Shown piece after piece: positions 35,986-42,951 of a DNA stretch of 42,951 bases (positions are counted from its first letter, which is position 1; every line of letters begins with the position of its first letter). Below the pieces are notes generated by a model. It had not been told where the DNA came from. It did no database searches and saw nothing but the letters and a program-made list of their open reading frames with translations. Origin of the DNA: Minisyncoccota bacterium (GTDB taxonomy: Bacteria; Patescibacteriota; Minisyncoccia; Phycocordibacterales; Zambryskibacteraceae); assembly GCA_025450175.1 (NCBI GenBank), contig JANWHY010000011.1:1-42951 (forward strand), read 5' to 3'. A program made the translations under genes and the position numbers.

Positions 35986-38004
35986 CTATTTTTTGCCAAG
36001 GCGAGCCTCAAGTGCGCGGATCTCATCCCGCAGGATAGCCGCAGTCTCAAAGTCTAAGTTCTTGACCGCTTCTTCCATCTCTTCCGACTTAGCTTTTATC
36101 AATTTTTTAGGAGTTTTGGCAAATATCTTCTCATCAGTTAGAAGGAGGGTATCTACTGCCTGACGATGCTCTCGCTCGAGAGTATCCGTTATATCCTTAA
36201 TCTTCTTGATAATAGTTTTGGGTGTTATGTTGTGCTTCTTATTGTAGGCAGTCTGGATACTGCGGCGCCTCTCGGTCTCAGAGATGGCGTGTTCTATAGA
36301 GCGCGTGAGCTCGTCTGCATAGAGAATCACCCTGCCCTCCACGTTCCTCGCGGCCCGACCAATAATCTGGATAAGTGATGTCTCACTGCGCAAGAATCCT
36401 TCTTTGTCCGCATCAAGAATGCCAATAAGAGCTACCTCAGGTAGATCCAGTCCTTCTCTAAGCAAATTCACTCCCACTAGTATGTCGAACTCTCCACGGC
36501 GGAAGTTGGTTAAAATCTCGATCCTATCTATGGTCTTGATCTCGCTGTGGAGATATGTCGCCTTTATACCCTTCTCCTTGAGAAACTCAGAGAGATCCTC
36601 CGCCATCTTCTTGGTAAGAGTTGTGGCGATGACGCGGAAGCCCTTCTTCACCACTCCTTCGGCCTCGCTTATAAAGTCATGTATTTGGCCCTTATAAGAT
36701 CCTTTAGATTGAATAGGCTTTACCGATATAAGTGGGTCGACAAGACCAGTAGGACGGATGACTTGTTCGACTACTTGCCCACTCACCTCTTTCTCATATG
36801 CAGCCGGAGTAGCACTGGTAAAAATAGTTTGACCGACTCTCTCTTGGAACTCTTCAAACTGGAGCGGTCTATTGTCCCGAGCAGAAGGTAGCCGGAAACC
36901 ATGCTCGACAAGAGTCGCCTTACGCGATTGGTCTCCGGCATACATACCGCCAATCTGAGGTACCGTGACATGCGACTCGTCGATAATAGTGAGGAAGTCT
37001 GGTTTGCCCGCAGGATCTTTAGGGAAGTAGTCAAGCAAAGTGTATGGGGGCTCACCCGGAGCTTTGCCGGTGAAGTGACGGGAATAATTCTCGATCCCGT
37101 TGGTGTAGCCAACCTCGCGGATCATCGCCAAGTCATAAGTAGTACGACGTTTAAGACGCTCAGCCTCCAATATTTTCCCAGCCTTCCCTAAGTCTTCTAG
37201 GCGATCTTGGAGCTCGGACTTAATACTTTCTAGCGCGCGCTTGTTGTCTTCGTCATCTGTGATGAAGTGCTTAGCCGGGAAGATGAAGTGGGTCTCAGGC
37301 TCCGAGACAATAGTGCGGGAGACGGCGTCAATCTTTTTTATCACCTGAACCTTATCGCCCTCGAACTCGATACGATATATGTAACGCTCGGAGATTGGCA
37401 TGACCTCAATACTGTTGCCCAAAGCGCGGAAGAGGCCAGGCTTCACATCAGCATTGGTGCGAGTGTAGTGGATATCAATAAGTTCGCGGATGAGCTCAGT
37501 GCGAGTCCTACTTATACCAACCTCGATCTTGAGATTGACCTTCTCATACTCTTCTGGATTACCAAGACCATAAATACACGAGACCGAAGCCACGATGATC
37601 ACATCCTTCCTCGTGAGAAGAGCTTGAGTAGAAGCGTGGCGCAAGCGCTCAATCTCTTCATTGATCATGGCTTCCTTCTCTATATAAGTATCTGTCACCG
37701 GAAGATAAGCCTCTGGCTGATAGAAGTCGTAATAAGAGACGAAATAATGCACGGCATTGTCGGGGAAGAACTCCCGGTATTCTTGAGCCAGTTGTGCAGC
37801 CAAGGTCTTATTGTGAGCAATGACCAAAGTAGGTTTGCCGATATTGGCTATTACATTCGCGGCTGTAAAAGTTTTCCCCGAACCGGTCACACCAAGAAGG
37901 GTCTGATAGCGTAAACCCTTCTTTACTCCCTCAGTAAGATCTTTAATAGCCTTAGGCTGGTCCCCAGCAGGAGAGAATTGGTTATTAATTTTAAAAACTG
38001 ACAT
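35986..38004 (-). CDS. uvrB: Excinuclease ABC subunit B
   Basis: GVTGSGKTFT, YFVSYYDFYQPEAY, DESH, SATP, LLREGLDLPEV, C-terminal UVR. Confidence 0.98.
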   Translation of the reverse strand: MSVFKINNQFSPAGDQPKAIKDLTEGVKKGLRYQTLLGVTGSGKTFTAANVIANIGKPTLVIAHNKTLAAQLAQEYREFFPDNAVHYFVSYYDFYQPEAYLPVTDTYIEKEAMINEEIERLRHASTQALLTRKDVIIVASVSCIYGLGNPEEYEKVNLKIEVGISRTRTELIRELIDIHYTRTNADVKPGLFRALGNSIEVMPISERYIYRIEFEGDKVQVIKKIDAVSRTIVSEPETHFIFPAKHFITDDEDNKRALESIKSELQDRLEDLGKAGKILEAERLKRRTTYDLAMIREVGYTNGIENYSRHFTGKAPGEPPYTLLDYFPKDPAGKPDFLTIIDESHVTVPQIGGMYAGDQSRKATLVEHGFRLPSARDNRPLQFEEFQERVGQTIFTSATPAAYEKEVSGQVVEQVIRPTGLVDPLISVKPIQSKGSYKGQIHDFISEAEGVVKKGFRVIATTLTKKMAEDLSEFLKEKGIKATYLHSEIKTIDRIEILTNFRRGEFDILVGVNLLREGLDLPEVALIGILDADKEGFLRSETSLIQIIGRAARNVEGRVILYADELTRSIEHAISETERRRSIQTAYNKKHNITPKTIIKKIKDITDTLEREHRQAVDTLLLTDEKIFAKTPKKLIKAKSEEMEEAVKNLDFETAAILRDEIRALEARLGKK

Positions 38005-38037
38005 TTGGCTTAGTATAATCTTTTAGATACAAAATGT

Positions 38038-38063
38038 AAGGGCGGCCGTGATAGGCCGCCCTT
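38038..38063. terminator. GC-rich hairpin
   Basis: aagggcggcc-gtgata-ggccgccctt downstream of the 38073 ORF; weak T tail. Confidence 0.6.
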
Positions 38064-38072
38064 GAACTTTCA

Positions 38073-38339
38073 TCACACTTGGTGAGAAGCGAAGACATCT
38101 ACTCGTGGATATCGACCTTCTTGGAGTCGTTCTTGACGCCTCTTTTCCTGTCGTCTCTTCACCAATTCCTTTTGACGAGAGGCGAACTCTTCACGAGAAA
38201 CAATTTCTCGGGAATGAAAGTCGAACTGGAATTCGGCCCCAAGAGCTCCCCATACAGATCGACCGTGCGTCTTGGGACCCTTACGAAGCAGTTCGGCGAC
38301 TGTAACTTTGCCAGCGAGTCTTCGTTTGCGATAGAACAT
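38073..38339 (-). CDS. Small basic hypothetical protein (88 aa)
   Basis: GGAGGAG SD before the ATG at 38339; flanked by hairpins. Confidence 0.55.
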   Translation of the reverse strand: MFYRKRRLAGKVTVAELLRKGPKTHGRSVWGALGAEFQFDFHSREIVSREEFASRQKELVKRRQEKRRQERLQEGRYPRVDVFASHQV

Positions 38340-38387
38340 ACTTCTCCTCCCATACCAGTGAAAGAACAATTGACCGGACAAAAACAG

Positions 38388-38416
38388 AACAGGCCCTCGA
38401 GTCTCGAGGGCCTGTT
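38388..38416 (-). terminator. Terminator or attenuator hairpin
   Basis: aacaggccctcgag-t-ctcgagggcctgtt, followed by ctgtttttg on the minus strand. Confidence 0.75.
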
Positions 38417-38437
38417 TCTGGTTTCGTCTTTGGTGGA

Positions 38438-38515
38438 TTAGACAGTCACTAGAACAAGCCCTCTTCCAAGAAGGATGGACTTGATAAAGTTAGCGACTAG
38501 CCAATACCTATTCAT
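38438..38515 (-). CDS. Putative 25-aa leaderless peptide
   Basis: MNRYWLVANFIKSILLGRGLVLVTV; TTGCGA-N16-TAAGCT ends 6 nt before the ATG. Confidence 0.4.
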   Translation of the reverse strand: MNRYWLVANFIKSILLGRGLVLVTV

Positions 38516-38721
38516 ATATTTAGCTTACCACGATCTTAAAACTTCGCAATCCACAGTCGTATTTGACTCTTCACCCTTAATTTATAGTATGTGCTTAAGA
38601 CCTTTGTAGATGTACGGCCCTGTTGTCCACGGTCCCGATGAGGGAGACAGTGCAACATCCGAAAAAAGCACTACAAGATCTGAAGGGTGGTTGCTGTATG
38701 CCAGCTCCATGATGAAGTACT

Positions 38722-38750
38722 GGCCGGTCCAAAGCGGACCGGCCTTTTTT
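38722..38750 (+). terminator. Intrinsic terminator
   Basis: ggccggtcc-aaagc-ggaccggcc-tttttt; the T tail is on the plus strand. Confidence 0.8.
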
Positions 38751-39999
38751 ATTTCTGATACTGTTCTAGAAATTCTTTCTTTAATTCTGAGAGGCGGCCA
38801 GTGATTATGGCCTCGCGCATTCGCTTGACCAGATTGATGATGAAATAGAGATTGTGCATAGAACCGAGAGTGCCGCCGAGCATTTCGTGAGACCGGTACA
38901 AGTGGCAGAGATAAGCGCGAGTATAGTTTTTACAAACACTACACTCGCACGACCGATCTATAGGACCAAGATCTTCTCTAAACTCGGCATTGCGAATATT
39001 GATCTTCCCTCTACTTGTATAAAGCGTGCCTCCTCGACCGTTCCTAGTGGGAGCAACGCAGTCGAAGAGATCCACTCCGTTCTCCACTCCCATAAAGAGA
39101 TCTTCTGGCTCCCCTATCCCCAAGAGATGTCGAGGCTTCTCTTTGGGCAAAATTTCGTTGACCCACCTTACGGCTGTCTCCATATCCTCTTTGGTAAAAG
39201 AACCACCAATACCGAAACCATCAAAATCAAGTGCACCGATAAACTCTGCCGAGCGTTTACGCAAGTTCTCTTCCCTCCCACCCTGCACAATTCCAAAGAG
39301 AGCTGGCCCACTTTCGCTTATGGTACCATTCGCGCGAATTAGCCGATCGTGTTGGGCGAGTGAGCGCTCTGCCCAGCGGTGGGTGCGCTCCAACGCTTCT
39401 TCTTGATACTCATAAGTTTCGTTAGGCGAAGTACATTCATCGAATGCGAAGATGATATCTGCCCCTAAGTTGTGTTGGATCTCAATCGACTTCTCCGGAT
39501 TAATATAGTGCAACGAACCATCGTGATGAGATTTGAAAGTGACACCATCTTCTGAAACTTTAGCGAGCGAGCCAATAAGTTCTTGCTCAGACCTCACCCC
39601 TTTCCCCTCTCCTTGCGCAAGGAGAGGGGTGGATGCGTTAGCAGATGGGGTGAGGTGGTCCCGAGCTACCTTACTCACCTGCTTGCCATACGCAGCTCCG
39701 AGAGAGAAGACTTGGAAGCCACCGGAGTCCGTCATCATCGGCCCAGACCAATTCATAAACTTATGGAGACCCCCAAACTTCTTGACCCTATCATCTCCCG
39801 GCTCGAGATACAGGTGGTATGTATTGGCAAGTACTACTTGAGCGCCCGTCTCTCTAATCTGCTCGGGGGTGAGAGCCTTCACTGTAGCCTTGGTCCCCAC
39901 ACTTACAAAAGCTGGAGTCTCTATCACTCCATGCTCTGTCTCGAGTCTGCCTGCTCTACCTAAGGCATTCGGAATTTCTTTTTCTATGTCAAACTTCAC
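38749..39999 (-). CDS. tgt: tRNA-guanine transglycosylase
   Basis: ETPAF..VGT.ATVK, ANTYHL, TDSGGFQVFSL, GIVQGG, DLFDCVAPTR, C.C..C...H zinc site. Confidence 0.96.
   Translation of the reverse strand: MKFDIEKEIPNALGRAGRLETEHGVIETPAFVSVGTKATVKALTPEQIRETGAQVVLANTYHLYLEPGDDRVKKFGGLHKFMNWSGPMMTDSGGFQVFSLGAAYGKQVSKVARDHLTPSANASTPLLAQGEGKGVRSEQELIGSLAKVSEDGVTFKSHHDGSLHYINPEKSIEIQHNLGADIIFAFDECTSPNETYEYQEEALERTHRWAERSLAQHDRLIRANGTISESGPALFGIVQGGREENLRKRSAEFIGALDFDGFGIGGSFTKEDMETAVRWVNEILPKEKPRHLLGIGEPEDLFMGVENGVDLFDCVAPTRNGRGGTLYTSRGKINIRNAEFREDLGPIDRSCECSVCKNYTRAYLCHLYRSHEMLGGTLGSMHNLYFIINLVKRMREAIITGRLSELKKEFLEQYQK
39591..39656. repeat. 66-bp nested palindromic element in frame within tgt
   Basis: 10-bp terminal inverted repeats acctcacccc/ggggtgaggt enclose a perfect 26-bp palindrome, cccctctccttgcgcaaggagagggg (39604-39629). 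Confidence 0.8.
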
Positions 40000-41003
40000 T
40001 ACCTTTTGGCAATTATCGACTTCTTATAAGTATCGAGATGGGTGAGAGCGAGGCCCGTGCCTTTAGCGACACAGAAGTAGGCATCCTTGGCGAGAGCGGC
40101 CTTGACCCCGGTGCGGCGAAGCATGAGCTCCGGGAAATTGCGGAGCTGTGAGGAGCCTCCAGTCATAATGATGCCTTTATCGATAATATCTGAGGAGAGT
40201 TCTGGTGGTGTCTCTTGCAGAACTTCTTTGACCGCCTTGATCATCTCGCGAAGCTCTTTGGATATCGCCTTCACCACCTCATTGGTTTTGAGTTCAATAG
40301 TGCGAGGTAAGCCAAGCATCGAGTCTCTCCCCTTCACCGTCATACTTAACTCCTCATCAAGAGGTACAGCCGAACCTATGGTGATCTTAATATCTTCGGC
40401 AGTCTTGTCTCCAATAATCAAATTAAAATTCTTCTTCACATAATCCATAATAGCCGCATCCATCTTGTTGCCCGCTACCTTGACAGAAGTGGAGGCTACG
40501 ATACCTCCAAGGGAAATAATAGCCACATCGGTAGTGCCTCCACCAATATCTACCACCATGTGCCCCACCGCCTCATGGATGGCAATACCAGCACCAATAG
40601 CGGCAAGTATAGGCTCCTTCATCACATAGGCATTGTTAGCACCAGCCTTCAATGCGGCCTCTATCACTGCTCGTCTCTCAGTAGACGTAACTCCTGCTGG
40701 CACCGAGATAAGCACATCAGGCTTGAAGAGTTGCCACTTACCCAGAGCCTTATCTATGTAGTAGCGAAGCATAGCCTCTGTAACTCGGTAGTCTGCTATC
40801 ACTCCATCCTTCATGGGTCGATAGGCGATGATGGATTCTGGAGTACGGCCAACCATAGTCCTAGCCTCTTGGCCAATGGCCACAATCCTATTATCCTCAC
40901 TAGAGACCGCAACTACAGAAGGCTCGTTGAGCACTATACCCTTGCCAGGAACATAGACTAAAATATTGGTAGTACCAAGATCTATGCCGAGCTTTTTTGC
41001 CAT
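39999..41003 (-). CDS. mreB: Rod shape-determining protein MreB/Mbl
   Basis: GIDLGTTN, EPSVVA, PMKDGVIAD, VDIGGGTTD, TGGSS. Confidence 0.96.
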   Translation of the reverse strand: MAKKLGIDLGTTNILVYVPGKGIVLNEPSVVAVSSEDNRIVAIGQEARTMVGRTPESIIAYRPMKDGVIADYRVTEAMLRYYIDKALGKWQLFKPDVLISVPAGVTSTERRAVIEAALKAGANNAYVMKEPILAAIGAGIAIHEAVGHMVVDIGGGTTDVAIISLGGIVASTSVKVAGNKMDAAIMDYVKKNFNLIIGDKTAEDIKITIGSAVPLDEELSMTVKGRDSMLGLPRTIELKTNEVVKAISKELREMIKAVKEVLQETPPELSSDIIDKGIIMTGGSSQLRNFPELMLRRTGVKAALAKDAYFCVAKGTGLALTHLDTYKKSIIAKR

Positions 41004-41046
41004 TCAAGAGTTGATTAAAGCACTATGATACTATACTAAACAACAT

Positions 41047-41304
41047 ATGAAGTCTATTGACGACAGCCTCAGAAACCGCAATATTAAAGAATTTGTTAAG
41101 CACCCAAGACTCAAAATGCTTGACGAATTCGTCCGTCGTATCAATACCGAAAGAGTCGCTGATGGCCTTAAGCCTATGCCCGTAAGTGCCATAGCTGTGA
41201 AGACTAGTCACCTTTCTCTAGAAGATATGGACTACCTCTTGAAGCGCTGTTCGCAAGCAACCAACTTCTCCCGTTATTTCTTCGGCAGCCTGAAACCTAA
41301 ATGA
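41047..41304 (+). CDS. Hypothetical protein (85 aa)
   Basis: TATACT upstream; ATGA overlap with def-fmt. Confidence 0.65.
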   Translation: MKSIDDSLRNRNIKEFVKHPRLKMLDEFVRRINTERVADGLKPMPVSAIAVKTSHLSLEDMDYLLKRCSQATNFSRYFFGSLKPK

Positions 41305-42569
41305 CAGAAATCGTAGACAAAGACAATCCAATTTTAAGAAAAGTGGCTACAAGTGTCTCCCCTAGCGAGATAACTTCGCCGCGTATCCAAGAGATCATTC
41401 GTGAGATGAAAGAAGCTATGCACTCCCAAGACGACGGTGTGGCTCTAGCCGCCCCCCAGATTGGAGAGGGACTAAGAATATTTGTGGTCAAGGGTGTTGC
41501 AATTATGAAAAAGCGTGGAGCCAAGATGGATAGAGCTAAGAGTATTGAGGACCTTACCTTCGTGAATCCACAAATTATCAAGAGTTCGAAGAAGAGGAGA
41601 ATGATGGAGGAGGGCTGTCTCTCAGTACGCTGGCTCTACGGAGAAGTCTCTCGAAGCGAGAAGATTAGCATAGAAGCTTACAACGAGAAGGGAGAGAAGG
41701 TTAGCCGGGGAGCCTCGGGGCTACTAGCGCAAATCTTCCAACACGAGATAGATCACTTAGACGGAGTGCTCTTCATCGATAAAGCTGAGAATCTGCGAGA
41801 GATCCCTCCCGAAGTGCGGCCAAAAATTGTTTTCTTCGGCAATTCAAGCTTCTCTCAATATGTACTTGAGGAACTTGAGGATATGGGCTTTGTCCCCACT
41901 CTACTCGTCCCCTCTACCAAAGAGATACCCACTACCAAAGAGCTTCGGGCCTTAGAACCAGACATCTTCGTCGTCGCCTCTTTTGGTAAAATTTTGTCGC
42001 AAGAGATCCTAGACATCCCCAAGCATGGAGCACTCAATGTCCACCCCTCTCTTCTGCCTAAACTTCGCGGACCCTCCCCCATCCAACAGACGATTACAGA
42101 AGCTGGTGAGCCTGGTGTAACTATTATCAAGATGGATGAAAGAGTGGACCATGGACCGATCATCGCTCAAGCGAGAGTCGAGATGACTCCTTGGCCAGAT
42201 CATTATGCAATAGTAGAAGAGAAGCTTGGGCGTGTGGGGGGACGACTGCTTGGTACAGTACTCCCTGAGTGGCTACAAGGAAAAGTAGAGGAGCGGGCGC
42301 AAATTGATAGTGAGGCTACCTTCACTCGTCTCATTGAGAAGGAGGATGGGCTCGTAGATATGGAGGCAATGCCCGAAACCAATTTTAGAAAAGTCTTAGC
42401 TTACAGTACCTGGCCCGGTGCTTATATGATGTACAAAAACAAAAGAGGTGAAGAGGTTCGTGTAGTAGTGAAGGATGCTGAGATAAAGGATGGACACTTC
42501 CTACCTACCCGAGTAATCCCCGCAGGTAAAAAAGAGATGGATTGGCAAGACTTCCTCCGAGGTAACTAA
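41301..42569 (+). CDS. def-fmt: Fused peptide deformylase and methionyl-tRNA formyltransferase
   Basis: Def motifs GVALAAPQIG, EGCLS, QHEIDHLDG, then Fmt motifs IVFFG, VVASFG.IL, LNVHPSLLPKLRGPSPIQ, DHGPI, with no intervening stop. Confidence 0.9.
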   Translation: MTEIVDKDNPILRKVATSVSPSEITSPRIQEIIREMKEAMHSQDDGVALAAPQIGEGLRIFVVKGVAIMKKRGAKMDRAKSIEDLTFVNPQIIKSSKKRRMMEEGCLSVRWLYGEVSRSEKISIEAYNEKGEKVSRGASGLLAQIFQHEIDHLDGVLFIDKAENLREIPPEVRPKIVFFGNSSFSQYVLEELEDMGFVPTLLVPSTKEIPTTKELRALEPDIFVVASFGKILSQEILDIPKHGALNVHPSLLPKLRGPSPIQQTITEAGEPGVTIIKMDERVDHGPIIAQARVEMTPWPDHYAIVEEKLGRVGGRLLGTVLPEWLQGKVEERAQIDSEATFTRLIEKEDGLVDMEAMPETNFRKVLAYSTWPGAYMMYKNKRGEEVRVVVKDAEIKDGHFLPTRVIPAGKKEMDWQDFLRGN

Positions 42570-42571
42570 GA

Positions 42572-42951
42572 TTATTTAATTACCCCCTGATACGCCTTGA
42601 GTAAGAGCGCTCCCGTACCCTGCAACTGTTGAGTAAGAAGGATGATCAGTTGTCTGATAAGGGCAACCAGTTGCTGTTGAAGAGATCTGATAAGATTCTG
42701 TCTCTCTGTATCGGTCAAGACTGGTCTTGGTGTAGGTGTAGGTGAGAGTACTGGTGAGACTACAGGTGGGGTGGGAGTGGGTTGATATGTGGGTGGAGGC
42801 ACAGGAGTGGGTGTGGGTTGAGGAGAGGGAGAAGCTGTACCTACAGTTACTGTAAGAGTGATAGAAGGAGCTTGAGAGCCATCACTATTAGTAGCGGTCA
42901 TGATGTAGGTAGTGGTTAGGGCTGGGGTCACGGTCATAACTCCTGAGCAGA
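42572..42951 (-). CDS. C-terminal part of a probable surface protein (Ig/PKD-like strand, Pro/Thr linker, coiled-coil tail); 5' end outside the window
   Basis: The frame stays open to the window edge; TVTP...TTYIMTATN, PTPTP repeats, LQQQLVALIRQLIILL. Confidence 0.7.
   Translation of the reverse strand, partial: CSGVMTVTPALTTTYIMTATNSDGSQAPSITLTVTVGTASPSPQPTPTPVPPPTYQPTPTPPVVSPVLSPTPTPRPVLTDTERQNLIRSLQQQLVALIRQLIILLTQQLQGTGALLLKAYQGVIK

Noticed and set aside
38591-38671. Hammerhead ribozyme (ccgatga...gaaa with gacc/ggtc and gtgc/gcac pairings)
   Set aside because: The core reads CCGAUGA rather than CUGAUGA, stem II is weak and the cleavage-site register is off by one. Probably chance.
1-42951. 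Alternative genetic code (UGA = Gly, as in Gracilibacteria/SR1)
   Set aside because: TGA ends conserved genes at expected positions (leuS, ddl, ECF sigma) and long ORFs have no in-frame TGA.

Overview
Chromosomal segment of a small-genome bacterium, most likely Patescibacteria/CPR (Parcubacteria-like). This is inferred from compact genes, domain-trimmed housekeeping proteins, CPR-typical hypothetical families and an atypical tRNA. TGA serves as a stop, so the code is standard code 11. Left to right it holds: the rpoA-rpsD-rpsK-rpsM-rpmJ-infA cluster, alaS, udg, mnmA, mltG, leuS, ychF, an AT-rich EcoRI-family methyltransferase plus DUF262/HNH nuclease cassette, an ECF sigma/anti-sigma/FN3 module, two divergent tRNA-Ala genes, ddl, uvrC-uvrA-[RR-HK-FIST]-uvrB, tgt, mreB and a def-fmt fusion. 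Standout observations: (1) a 30-bp GC-rich palindromic element inserted in frame, always read as PARPDGRSGG, in three unrelated genes (rpsK, the leuS CxxC knuckle, a HAD hydrolase), plus other palindromic in-frame inserts in tgt and uvrA; (2) a ~375-nt promoter-to-terminator unit made almost entirely of hairpins (15510-15882), a candidate novel ncRNA; (3) back-to-back TGAAAG-N16-CGTC ECF-type promoters; (4) pervasive leaderless architecture for conserved genes versus SD-led orphan cassettes; (5) an AlaRS lacking its editing domain, plus trimmed LeuRS, YchF, UvrA and UvrC. All family assignments come from motif recognition by eye, not database searches.
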